A stretch of DNA of 59,322 nt, counting the filler, from Globobulimina sp. (Eukaryota): the NCBI GenBank assembly GCA_003354225.1. It is 8 parts of 8 records of this genome, joined end to end, with 100 filler letters (N's around TTAATTAATTAA, not from the genome) between each part and the next. Parts side by side here need not be neighbours in the genome. Positions count along the whole stretch, not along the records: positions 7,492 to 14,822 come from PIVH01000162.1; positions 14,923 to 22,251 come from PIVH01000163.1; 6 more parts are not named here. One strand, given 5' to 3'. This document shows, one piece after another, positions 10,463-20,365 of the stretch (its first letter is position 1; each line of letters begins with the position of its first letter). Position numbers and translations under genes: made by a program. The notes beneath the pieces are model-generated. The model was not told the DNA's origin and did not search any database. It was given only the letters and a program-made list of their open reading frames with translations.

Positions 10463-11680
10463 ATGACTAAAAACAGTCAAACAATTAAAGAAAACATTGA
10501 GTTTAAAGGTGATGATCCTATTAAAGTTATTATGGAAAAACATCATCTTGACCCAACCATTTGGTATCCAGAAACCATCAAAATTAAAGAAGGTAAATGG
10601 AACACTGCTGCTAAAAAAAGAGAGCAGGAACTAAAATGGACTGTAAAAGAAGATTCGAAAGGTGAAAAACAGCAATATATGGAAGGATTCTCTAAACATT
10701 ATCCAGAATTTATGATGGCTGACAATAAAACCTATGGAATTTGGGTAACATTTAAACGTTTCCCAATTGAAAATAACATTTTGGAATCCTTTAAAGAAGT
10801 AATTAAAGAGATGCCCGCTTTACCAAAATCACGTAATCGACCAATTATTCGAAACGGAATTGCTGGTGAAATGACAACCTTTGATGCACATGCTGCTAAA
10901 CTAGCATGGATAAATGAAACTGGATATCGTAGTTATGATTTAGGTATTGCTATGCAAGACATACAATATACTAATGATAACAACTTAGATTTAATGTCCC
11001 CATTTAAACCTGAAAAGTTATTCTACATTGTAGGACAGGATTTATATCACATGGATAACATGTCAGGACATACTACAGCAGGTAGCCATACTATGGATGT
11101 TGATGGTAGAATTACTAAAGTTCATAACAAAGTATTTGAAGTTAGTAGAAATAATATCATCAAATGTAGTAAATTGGCACCAGTAGAAGTTATCTGGATA
11201 CCAGGTAATCATGACTTCCTAGCATCATATATGTTAACATTCGCTCTTAAGGAACATTTTAGAAATGATCCTAACGTTACTGTAGATGTAAGTGAAAATC
11301 CTAGAAAAGCAAGACTATGGGGAAACCTACTTGTAGGATGGACTCATCGTATTGTTGGAAAACATACAGTATGGAGTAATGAATTAGCTCAACAATTTCC
11401 AGAATTATGGGGAAAGAGCATATTCAGAGAATGGCATCACGGAGATCAACATAAAAAACAAAATGTTAAAGTAACTCCACTATTCACTAGTGGTGGCGTA
11501 ACATGTCGTCAAATAACCGCATTATCTCCAGTAGATAAGTGGCACACTGATAACGTATTTACTGACGCTATACCTGGTGGAGAATCATTTTTATGGTCAA
11601 TGGACGCAGGAGTATTTGCGAACTTTACAACTTGGACAGGTCAATATGACAAACATCGTAATAAATTAATCAAACCTTAA
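10463..11680 (+). CDS. calcineurin-like metallophosphoesterase with N-terminal extension
   Basis: DAH, GQDLYHMD, PGNHD, WTH and HGDQH metal-binding motifs in the expected order. Confidence 0.85.
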   Translation: MTKNSQTIKENIEFKGDDPIKVIMEKHHLDPTIWYPETIKIKEGKWNTAAKKREQELKWTVKEDSKGEKQQYMEGFSKHYPEFMMADNKTYGIWVTFKRFPIENNILESFKEVIKEMPALPKSRNRPIIRNGIAGEMTTFDAHAAKLAWINETGYRSYDLGIAMQDIQYTNDNNLDLMSPFKPEKLFYIVGQDLYHMDNMSGHTTAGSHTMDVDGRITKVHNKVFEVSRNNIIKCSKLAPVEVIWIPGNHDFLASYMLTFALKEHFRNDPNVTVDVSENPRKARLWGNLLVGWTHRIVGKHTVWSNELAQQFPELWGKSIFREWHHGDQHKKQNVKVTPLFTSGGVTCRQITALSPVDKWHTDNVFTDAIPGGESFLWSMDAGVFANFTTWTGQYDKHRNKLIKP

Positions 11681-11688
11681 CAGAACTT

Positions 11689-12090
11689 ATGAACAAAAAA
11701 CTTAAGGTGTACTATGCTCATTTTATGGGTATTTATGATACACCACAAGAAGATCGTGACGTAGAAACTCTAAAACTATTAGGATTTAATGTACTTAACC
11801 CTAATACTCCACAAACTCAAAAAGAATGTAAAAAAGAATTTGCTAAAGCTAAAACAGATGATCAATACCATGATGCATTTGCTAAGGTATTTTTCACTAA
11901 AGTAGCAAAATGTGATATATTCGCTTTCAGACCAATACCTGATGGCAGAATACCAGGTGGAGTAGCTAAAGAACTTAAAGAAGCTCAAAGATTAGGAAAA
12001 CTAATCATTGAATTACCTTGTGGTACTTCTTCAAGAAGTATGGGAAAACTTGATACAAGAGAATACTTACGTGACATAGGTCAACGTTAG
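11689..12090 (+). CDS. nucleoside 2-deoxyribosyltransferase-like (NDT/TIR-like Rossmannoid) protein
   Basis: KVYYAH beta1, VLNPN, CDIFAF, and GVAKELKEAQRLGK with the candidate catalytic Glu. Confidence 0.7.
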   Translation: MNKKLKVYYAHFMGIYDTPQEDRDVETLKLLGFNVLNPNTPQTQKECKKEFAKAKTDDQYHDAFAKVFFTKVAKCDIFAFRPIPDGRIPGGVAKELKEAQRLGKLIIELPCGTSSRSMGKLDTREYLRDIGQR

Positions 12091-12097
12091 AAACACA

Positions 12098-12129
12098 AAC
12101 CCAGTAGTTATTGATTTAACTATTGGGTT
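12098..12129 (+). terminator. strong intergenic hairpin (terminator or processing site)
   Basis: AACCCAGTAGTTA-TTGATT-TAACTATTGGGTT. Confidence 0.5.
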
Positions 12130-12177
12130 CTATTCCAAATTGGAATATTAATAACCTAAACTTGGAGGATAAAACCT

Positions 12178-13560
12178 ATGAAGAGAACAAACTATCGTAG
12201 ATATATTAAACGTCTACATGATATAACAGGTTATACACAGTCAGAAATAGCTAAATTATTGTACTTACTAGATTGGAACGTAGATACATTAATTGAAATA
12301 ATAGAAACAGTAAAAAACGCTAAAGATCTTACATTATTACCGATCTCACCGAAAGGTGTTAGTGAAGTATTAGGTACAGAATATTGGAGAATACATATTG
12401 ACCTTAGAAATTTCTTTGACAATACAAAACCAATATACGTAGCATGGAATAAAAAATCCACGTTTAAACCAACTGAACCTGAAAAAAACAATGTAAAACC
12501 ATTAGAATATATACATTTTAAAAATGATAATGGTACTATTAAGAACGATAAGAGAAGTAAGAAAGCATATCATGACAATCAATACCCTGTTAATTACAAA
12601 ACTAAAGAAAAACAACCGATAACTAAAAAAAAGAAGAAAAAAATAAATAATCAAAAATTACGTAAAGGTATAAAAACTATTACTTACAAAGATTCACCAA
12701 TTCATACCACACAATCTAAACTTATTTGTATAATGGATTATAATTCTAAAGAAATTATTAGGATTAGAAAAAATGAAGTTGAAAATGAAGTTAAAAGATT
12801 AGGATGGAAAAAGTGGGAATATGTATCTAAAACTGCATTCAAAACGCAAGAACTTAAATACAAAGTTGGTGACACTTATGAAAAGAATAAAGACGATAAA
12901 GAATTAATCAGTAAAATATTTCCTTTTAGAAATATGTTTAGTAACATAGTTAAAATCGATTTATTACGTGCATTTTTTAATAGAAAAGACAATGTAGTAA
13001 AAGATGAATCCCTTGGTAAAAAGATTAAATCAAGAGTTATTGAAATCGCTCAAAGAAGAGGAAAAAACAAATTACCTCGTATTGAGAAAAGAACTGTAAT
13101 CGAATATGAAAAGAAAACTAAAAAACATAAAAGCAAAGATTACAAAAAGAAAAAATGGATAACTATAGACAAGTTAATAGACATTAAAGTTAATAAAAGA
13201 GTACCAGACGGATTTGATGAAGTTAAAAAGAATAAATTGATCAAAACACGTATTGAAAAAACTGATACTGATGGTAAAAAATATTATGAGAATAAAAAAG
13301 TACTAACAAAAATAACAGTTAAAGTACCTAAGTTCAAAATAATTGAAACTACTAAGAAGAGAAAAATTAGAAAATTAGTAGAAAAGAAAATAATTACTAT
13401 CAAAGGAAAAATAACTGAAATTAGAATTCCTAAATTCGTTACAGCTACAAGGTGCATTGCTTCAGTATATGATTTAGCTAAGAAAAAATATACTATACGA
13501 AAAGAGTGTACAGAAACTAATAAAGACGGTAAAACAATTGCCAAAATTATCAAAAAATAA
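12178..13560 (+). CDS. very Lys-rich protein with an N-terminal UBA/EF-Ts-N-like helical bundle
   Basis: IKRLHDITGYTQSEIAKLLYLLDWNVDTLI. GGAGG upstream. Confidence 0.7.
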   Translation: MKRTNYRRYIKRLHDITGYTQSEIAKLLYLLDWNVDTLIEIIETVKNAKDLTLLPISPKGVSEVLGTEYWRIHIDLRNFFDNTKPIYVAWNKKSTFKPTEPEKNNVKPLEYIHFKNDNGTIKNDKRSKKAYHDNQYPVNYKTKEKQPITKKKKKKINNQKLRKGIKTITYKDSPIHTTQSKLICIMDYNSKEIIRIRKNEVENEVKRLGWKKWEYVSKTAFKTQELKYKVGDTYEKNKDDKELISKIFPFRNMFSNIVKIDLLRAFFNRKDNVVKDESLGKKIKSRVIEIAQRRGKNKLPRIEKRTVIEYEKKTKKHKSKDYKKKKWITIDKLIDIKVNKRVPDGFDEVKKNKLIKTRIEKTDTDGKKYYENKKVLTKITVKVPKFKIIETTKKRKIRKLVEKKIITIKGKITEIRIPKFVTATRCIASVYDLAKKKYTIRKECTETNKDGKTIAKIIKK

Positions 13561-13572
13561 AACTAACTAACA

Positions 13573-14583
13573 ATGAAAAATACAGAAACATTTAAAGTAG
13601 AAACCTTTGTGGAAGAAACTGTGATTCGTGTTAAGTTTAAAAAAATAAATGGCGGTTTTTATCGTCCAACACGTATTAGAAAGATTGAACATAAAGTAAA
13701 GGAATATACAGATGAAAAATATGAAAATATTCATACATCTTATCCTAAAATAACATATAAACCTTACTTACCAATAGGTAGTCCTAAATTACTTAACCAT
13801 AATGATTTCATTACGGAATGGGAAAAAGGACCAACACCTCAACCAAAAAAACAAAACATGAATACACCTAATGGTGAACGTGGTAAAGGTGGTAGGAATA
13901 TACCTGCAAAAAATAGTAAAGGTAAAGTAATTAAAGATTTACAAGAGAGTATAGCTGCTAAAAAAGCTAAACGTAAAGAGCAAAGAGCTGAAAAGAGAAG
14001 AAGACTCTTAGGTTCTGCTAACTCTAAAAATGGTACTATTACAGTATTCTTCACTCATCTTAAAAATCCAGATGATAAAGAAGAAAAAATAACCACTAAA
14101 ACATTCCCATCAAAAGGATTGCAAAAAAATCAAGAATACAAAAAGTGGTGTACTGATAAAAATATCATAGATGTTAATTTTCACCGCACAAGAGGTGATA
14201 AAGACAAAGAAATTGCAACTTCTGAATTAGCTAGAAAAACGCAAAAAGAATCTCCAAAATACGAAAAGTTAAAAGCTAAACGTAGAAAGAAATTTGAAGA
14301 GCGTATAACAGAAGGAGTTAGATTAGCTAAAAAAGCAAGAGCACACGCAAAATCTAAAGGTAAAACTATTAAGATGAAAGACAAACCAAAACCTCATAAG
14401 GAATTGGATTGGAAAGAAATCAAAGAGTTAAACAAAAAGAAACCTGAAGAAGAAGCAGTAGTTGATGCTGAAACTAATTTAGCACCAAAAGGTAAAAAAG
14501 TAACAAAACCTAAAAAAGCTAAAAAGAAAAAAGAAGTTAAAAAATTAGAGATCAAACCAAAAAATATGAAGGTGGCAGCCTAA
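13573..14583 (+). CDS. very Lys-rich protein with H1-like tail ending -KVAA
   Basis: 336-aa ORF with a K/A/P-rich C-terminus. Confidence 0.75.
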   Translation: MKNTETFKVETFVEETVIRVKFKKINGGFYRPTRIRKIEHKVKEYTDEKYENIHTSYPKITYKPYLPIGSPKLLNHNDFITEWEKGPTPQPKKQNMNTPNGERGKGGRNIPAKNSKGKVIKDLQESIAAKKAKRKEQRAEKRRRLLGSANSKNGTITVFFTHLKNPDDKEEKITTKTFPSKGLQKNQEYKKWCTDKNIIDVNFHRTRGDKDKEIATSELARKTQKESPKYEKLKAKRRKKFEERITEGVRLAKKARAHAKSKGKTIKMKDKPKPHKELDWKEIKELNKKKPEEEAVVDAETNLAPKGKKVTKPKKAKKKKEVKKLEIKPKNMKVAA

Positions 14584-14600
14584 CATAAACTCTATATATA

Positions 14601-14807
14601 ATGAAAAAAACATGTAAACATTGCAAAAAAGAGTATATAGAAACACCTAATCATGAAGATGAATTATGTACTAAAGATACTCTTTTATCATTTAAAGCTC
14701 AAATAAATATGCTGACACGTATAAAACATGCAGTGAAAGGTGATACATTTTATAAAGAGCTAAAATTTATTAATGAGAAAATAATTAAATTAAGTAAACA
14801 TGAATAA
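14601..14807 (+). CDS. small Cys-containing phage protein
   Basis: CKHC...C; its stop overlaps the next (truncated) ATG at 14800. Confidence 0.6.
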   Translation: MKKTCKHCKKEYIETPNHEDELCTKDTLLSFKAQINMLTRIKHAVKGDTFYKELKFINEKIIKLSKHE

Positions 14808-14922
14808 GAAAGTATGGATCTANNNNNNNNNNNNNNNNNNNNNNNNNNNNNNNNNNNNNNNNNNNNTTAATTAATTAANNNNNNNNNNNNNNNNNNNNNN
14901 NNNNNNNNNNNNNNNNNNNNNN

Positions 14923-15041
14923 ATAAAATTTGATTGATTGACATTTAACAAAATAGAATTTGATTAATGAAATAATATGAATATGAATGAAAGGATATAA
15001 TATGATAAGAGCTATGATTATAATCATTGTAAACAACGGGG
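14923..15041. repeat. 119-bp terminal direct repeat, second copy at 22133-22251
   Basis: ATAAAATTTGATTGATTGAC...GTAAACAACGGGG is identical at both contig ends. Confidence 0.95.
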
Positions 15042-15171
15042 GGGAAATTATTATATTAAATATTTATACTTTGAAACAACTAAACACCAAACAACTTAAC
15101 AACAAATATAATATAACATACTTGAATAAATAAATAAGAATAATAACAAAACCCCTTCCGTTTATTTAATA

Positions 15172-16450
15172 TTAAATAGTTAATGATTTGATAGAATTAT
15201 GAAAATGATCTAAGTAATAATTAGCTTCTTCTTTATCAAAATCAAATTGTTTATGATATTCAAATTTTAAATCTTGTTTTGCATTAAAATAAATATAGGA
15301 TAGCTTTATCATATCCCCTTCCGCATAATTTACATAAATATAAAAGCTGTCTTTTAATTTCCAACGACCGACCCATGCAACTAATCCTCTTTCAACACCC
15401 AATCTACTTAACTGTGACGCAAAGCCTTTGCGTAAACTATGCGGTTTTTTTAATCGATTAGAATGAAAATAACCAATAAATAGAATTAAATCACCAAAAA
15501 TAGTGCGAAATGTATCAGTCGTTATAGGTTTGCCCATATGTTGGAAAAAATGTGATTTATTATTCCACGAAAAATGATTAGGAAATTTCTTGGCTAAAAA
15601 TGGCATAAAATGATATAAGTTAAAGAATAATAAGGCCGGATCCATAATATGTTCAGATCTGCCTATCATAACATATGCAGTGTGACCTGAATTACGCATT
15701 TTGCTATTTTGTATAACTAATTTAATACTATGAAATGTAGATTGATCAGTTGAATTATTATCATTTATAATGATGAATTTATTTGAATTATTTGGATCAA
15801 TGATTTTATGAAATATAAAAATATCACATTTACGTATTCCATATGTATGTTTTTTCTCATTGAAAGGATGGAAAACCTCACCAATACGTAATCCAGTCAC
15901 AGCCATAATATTTGTAGCAACTAAGCACATACGAATGTGCATACAGAGTGGATAAAATATAATTTCTTCTTCAACAATCAAAAATAATCTCGATTCATGA
16001 ATAAATTCAGATGATAATTTGTCAGATTTATAATATAAAAATTTAGCAGTAACAGTTCTGTTAAATCTAATTAAGTGCTCACGCAAAAATGGAATAGCTG
16101 CATCATTTGGATCTGAACAATTCTGTTTTTTTTCCATAATCACATAAATTTGTCAATGCTGGATTAATGGACCACGATGTTGGAGTCATAGCAATTTTAT
16201 TAAAGTGATCCACAGCACAGAGTTTATAACGCATTGTATTCCATTTATTGGGTTTCTTTCTAACCCATAAACAGTCAATCATCCATGCCATCAAATAAAT
16301 GTCTTTGGTGGGAAATTGTAGGAATTCACTTTTGGGAATTTTTAAACGAGTCATCGTATTGCAAAATTCGAAGAAATTATTGTGATAAGTTTCATCCGTC
16401 GACATTTTTATTCCTCTCGACGACATTTTTTCTAATCCAATTGCGTGCAA
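15172..16450 (-). CDS. tyrosine recombinase, split by a +1 frame break in an A8 run at ~16126-16133
   Basis: Catalytic TGLRIGE, K, HSLRKG, GRWK and YIY all present. The N-terminal binding domain (STDETYHNNFFEFC) is in ORF 16103..16450. Deleting one A gives DYGKKQNCSD. Confidence 0.9.
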
Positions 16451-16583
16451 TGGTAAATATTCCCAAATGTTGTGAGTGTAATTGGAGTTATTTAATCTGC
16501 CTAGATTTAAATGTATTAAATAGAATATATAGATTTATAGATATGATATGTTTAATATGTATTGTTAAGATAAATTGTTCAAA

Positions 16584-18431
16584 TTATAAGAAGGAGAGAT
16601 CTGGATATTTGAAAGGCGTTGGTCTGCTATCAAAATTACGTAAATTTCGCGATTTACAATGAGATAAAAATTTGGCTACATCAAATCGTGACAAATCATC
16701 AGCGTACAGATTTTCTTTGGTTTTAATATAATTAATTTTGATTCTTAATTTATTTTCAAAGCAGAACCATACCGTCCAACGTATGCAATCCATTAAAAAC
16801 ATATCATCCGTATTTTTGCTAATAAATATTGCTTCGCAGTGTTGGTTGTCACATCGAAGATTAATATTAATGTTTGGGTTGAAATGATGTTGAAATGTAT
16901 TCAATGCAGCCACAATTGCTAAAGCTTCAAAGTGTGCAATGTGCTGTTCTTGTGTGTATAAAATTGATTTATCAGAATCTAAATATTTGCAATAAATATT
17001 CATGTACTGCATTGGAACTGTGTCAAATGACCAATGTCCATTGTAATACGCCCCAATACCAGGTTGCCAGTTTGGTCTCTCTCCATTAGTGGCCCCATCA
17101 GTATATATATTAATGGATGGACGATTACCATATCCCACAACATCATAAATATTAACACGATCACACAAATGCATGTATTTAATCCATAGCTTTGCGTCTT
17201 TGATTTCGTGTTCACAGAATTTCATCAAAGTTAATTCATCTCCATATATTCTTTTGTGTGCTGTGAGTTTCATGCGCATTCTACGTAGAAATGCTGTGCC
17301 AGGCCACATCAATGAAGCCATCCACGTTAAAGTGCCTAATAATGATTCGTATCGATCACTCATTAACATCCTGCAGCAAACAATGATTATCAATAATAAA
17401 AGAGCTTTCTTTTTCTTATCTGGACCTGGTCCAACTGTCATATCCGAACTATCATAAATTAAGCCACAAACTTCCATGATCCACGACACATATTTTCTTT
17501 TTTCAATCTTTTCAATGTATCCACAAAGCTTCAAAAATTCAAAAAATTTATGCATTAAAAAAGATTCACGTTTACGATTTGAGAATGGAAAGGATTTGAT
17601 AAAACCAATGTGATCGTCAATATATACGAGATTTTCAATTCGTTCATTATATAATAAAAGCGGTTTGATCCATTGTTTGAAAGCTAATAATAAGATATTT
17701 CCAAAATCTTGTGAGTGTTTTGAAGCTGCTTTGCTGCCATAAATATCACAGGTGTCCACTAAATCAAATCCCATGAATTTGTATCCCATATATTTCCATT
17801 GCGAGCGATGTAAACCTAATTGACGAAAAGCGTCAGATCCATCCGTTTTAAACATCAAACAGAAGCGTCCCATATAAATGATTTGATGACAAAAATCTTT
17901 ACAAAGTGGTACCTGCATACGATAATCAATGGGCGCAGTTAGTTCATTGATGCTATACGTCCACAGAGATGAAAATGTGGCGTGTCTACAAATTCTCGCT
18001 TTGCCACATCTTTGTGTTAATAATGTCAATGGACCTCCTGTTTTTTTGTCAACTGCGAGAAGTTGAATATAATTTAAAATTCTTTGTTTGCTGTTTAATA
18101 ATGATTCTCTAGGCCCAATTTTGCCTATTTCAATTTGTTCAGATAAATTCTTACCAATTTCTATTAATTCTAAGATGGAGAAATCTTTCATTCGACGTAC
18201 ATTCTGGTTCATGGCTACGTTGCAATCATTTGTTATGCCAATTTTCCAGCCATATTTTAGATTAATTATAGTTTGATTAATTAATACATTTAATTTTCGA
18301 TCATTTGAACATTTAATTTGTTGAATGGCGTTAATTAAGAATGTACGGAATGGCTCAATATGAATTTTAGTTTTTTTGTGTTTAAAATTCTTAATTGCTT
18401 TTTTGAATCTACATTGGACAATATTCCACAA
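16584..18431 (-). CDS. DIRS/Ngaro-type reverse transcriptase + RNase H
   Basis: RT motifs KTDGSDAFRQL, YGSKAAS, YIDDH. RNase H motifs YTDGA, HIAHFEALA, CDN, ENLYADDLSR. Confidence 0.95.
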   Translation of the reverse strand: MWNIVQCRFKKAIKNFKHKKTKIHIEPFRTFLINAIQQIKCSNDRKLNVLINQTIINLKYGWKIGITNDCNVAMNQNVRRMKDFSILELIEIGKNLSEQIEIGKIGPRESLLNSKQRILNYIQLLAVDKKTGGPLTLLTQRCGKARICRHATFSSLWTYSINELTAPIDYRMQVPLCKDFCHQIIYMGRFCLMFKTDGSDAFRQLGLHRSQWKYMGYKFMGFDLVDTCDIYGSKAASKHSQDFGNILLLAFKQWIKPLLLYNERIENLVYIDDHIGFIKSFPFSNRKRESFLMHKFFEFLKLCGYIEKIEKRKYVSWIMEVCGLIYDSSDMTVGPGPDKKKKALLLLIIIVCCRMLMSDRYESLLGTLTWMASLMWPGTAFLRRMRMKLTAHKRIYGDELTLMKFCEHEIKDAKLWIKYMHLCDRVNIYDVVGYGNRPSINIYTDGATNGERPNWQPGIGAYYNGHWSFDTVPMQYMNIYCKYLDSDKSILYTQEQHIAHFEALAIVAALNTFQHHFNPNININLRCDNQHCEAIFISKNTDDMFLMDCIRWTVWFCFENKLRIKINYIKTKENLYADDLSRFDVAKFLSHCKSRNLRNFDSRPTPFKYPDLSFL

Positions 18432-19018
18432 TATTTTGTTCCATACAGTAGGATTGCTATAAAATTCTATGTAAACATATTAAAATTGACTTATAAACGT
18501 TTTTATAGTTGTGATAATTAATAAAATTCATACATCCGGTAATGATGTTGAATAACTATTAAATACTGATGTCATTGTAACAATTACGCGGCGGACGTAA
18601 TCAATGAACTAAAATAAATGAGTAATACAGTGATATGTTTGTGTTCCTTGGTGTGTCTAACACAATAATCCTTGTTTTAGTTGATAAAAGTTTACAGTTT
18701 TTAAGTGAGACTTTGTAAAAATAAAGAGCAATAAAAGTAAAACTAGCTACAATACCTTGTAGCACAATAGTATGTTATGCTAAATAATATACCCCTCCCC
18801 AGAGATAAGTGTTTGATAAATAATGTTAAAAGTTTGAAAATTTAATATATTGTCAACAAATCAAATAAAATCACCACAAATCAAATAATGTCCACAAATA
18901 AAATAAATATATAAATATATATAAAATTATATAATAGATATTTACACTGTAAATATAATACTAAAAAGAAAATAATAGTGTATAATAAAAATATGTCAAT
19001 AATAAGAATGTAATAGAA

Positions 19019-20365
19019 TTATCTGCCATAACCATAAACGTTTCCACTTCCTCGATTATCACATTTATCCGAGATATGTTGACCAACAATAAAACAAAAT
19101 CGACACATATGATGCCAGTCACATCTTTCATGGCAATGACTGTAAAAACATCTTCCTTTTTCATGAAAGTTACAAATATATTGAACCAATTCTGGTCCAC
19201 CATAAAAAATGCCATTCTTAATATGATAGCATTGCATTTTCTGAGTATTAACCTCTTTTTTAATTGGTTGTTGATTGCCATTGTATTGATAATTGTTATT
19301 TTGATAGTTATTATTTTGACTTCTTCCTCTTTTAGCAGGCGGTTGATTGTGTTGTCTTTGTTGTTGTTGTGGTGACGGTTGGTACATATGATCATATTGA
19401 GAGGGATTATAGTTACCAGCTTCGGGGGCTGTATTCATATTTGTTTGTTGTTGATAATTGTTGTGGCCACCACGAGATCCACCACGTTGACCACCGCGAT
19501 AACCACCTTTTGCATAACGACCACGGTAATTTCCACGGCCTCCACCTCTGTGTCCACCACGTTGACCACCTCTTGAATTGCCTCTAAAGTCACCTCTATG
19601 ACCTCCACGACGATTATAGTGATGTTCTTGTTGATAATAGTTATTGCGACCTCTGTAATTGTTGCGACCTCTTCCTCTGTAATTATTCCTTGGTTGACGT
19701 CTGGGAATGTATTGTTTGGTCACTTGAGATGTGTTGGTATTGATAGATTGCGAGTTATTGATCGTTGTATTGAATAAACGCGTTGCTTTGCTGTTGATAT
19801 GTTCAGATGTTAAAAGTGATAGTTTCCACTCATTCAAAGTGCTCCTTGCACTTAAATCCGTGCCTGCGATTGTGCCACGATCCAAAATATCCTTTCTACG
19901 TTTCAATAGGAAGTGGTTTAATGCTTTCAGGCCTTCCTCGCCTTCTAATTTCGAACTTAATTCCTTTTGCATGAATTTTGCAAAGGCCATCCATTGCAAA
20001 CCCGCAATATGTAAATATGCACTTTGTATACTCGCAGCTAATTGCTTGTCATCGGATGAATTGTTACAATCTTTATTTCGATGAATCTCACTTAATTCTG
20101 CCAATGAAGTTGATATCATCACTGCACACTTATACGTCGCATTGTGTTCTTTCATAAATGTACTGATTGCCGCATCAATGTTTGTATGATTCTGAGACCA
20201 ATTGATCTCACCAATTAATGCAAAATACCGAAGTATATTAATAATCGCTGCACCTCCCGTTGTGCATAAGCGATAATACGCTATTTGAGCTGATGTACGT
20301 TTTTTCTTTGAAAGATTGCCACAAATTTGATTATTTAATTCATTTTGATCCTTTTTATATTCCAT
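19019..20365 (-). CDS. Gag-like nucleocapsid protein (RGG repeats + Cys/His finger)
   Basis: RGG-rich block and C-terminal CNFHEKGRCFYSHC...HMCRFC...HISDKC, typical of Ngaro/DIRS ORF1. Confidence 0.8.
   Translation of the reverse strand: MEYKKDQNELNNQICGNLSKKKRTSAQIAYYRLCTTGGAAIINILRYFALIGEINWSQNHTNIDAAISTFMKEHNATYKCAVMISTSLAELSEIHRNKDCNNSSDDKQLAASIQSAYLHIAGLQWMAFAKFMQKELSSKLEGEEGLKALNHFLLKRRKDILDRGTIAGTDLSARSTLNEWKLSLLTSEHINSKATRLFNTTINNSQSINTNTSQVTKQYIPRRQPRNNYRGRGRNNYRGRNNYYQQEHHYNRRGGHRGDFRGNSRGGQRGGHRGGGRGNYRGRYAKGGYRGGQRGGSRGGHNNYQQQTNMNTAPEAGNYNPSQYDHMYQPSPQQQQRQHNQPPAKRGRSQNNNYQNNNYQYNGNQQPIKKEVNTQKMQCYHIKNGIFYGGPELVQYICNFHEKGRCFYSHCHERCDWHHMCRFCFIVGQHISDKCDNRGSGNVYGYGR

Larger units (their letters stand above)
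7492..14822 (+). mobile_element. bacteriophage genome fragment, probably a Bacteroidota (crAss-like) phage
   Basis: Intronless, tightly packed, co-oriented ORFs with A-rich leaders mostly lacking SD, intergenic hairpins, and transglycosylase, metallophosphoesterase and NDT-like genes. No virion hallmark gene is present. Confidence 0.7.

Noticed and set aside
7528..14807. Stop-codon reassignment as seen in some crAss-like phages
   Set aside because: Genes are intact and densely packed under code 11, and TAG and TGA end genes at plausible boundaries.
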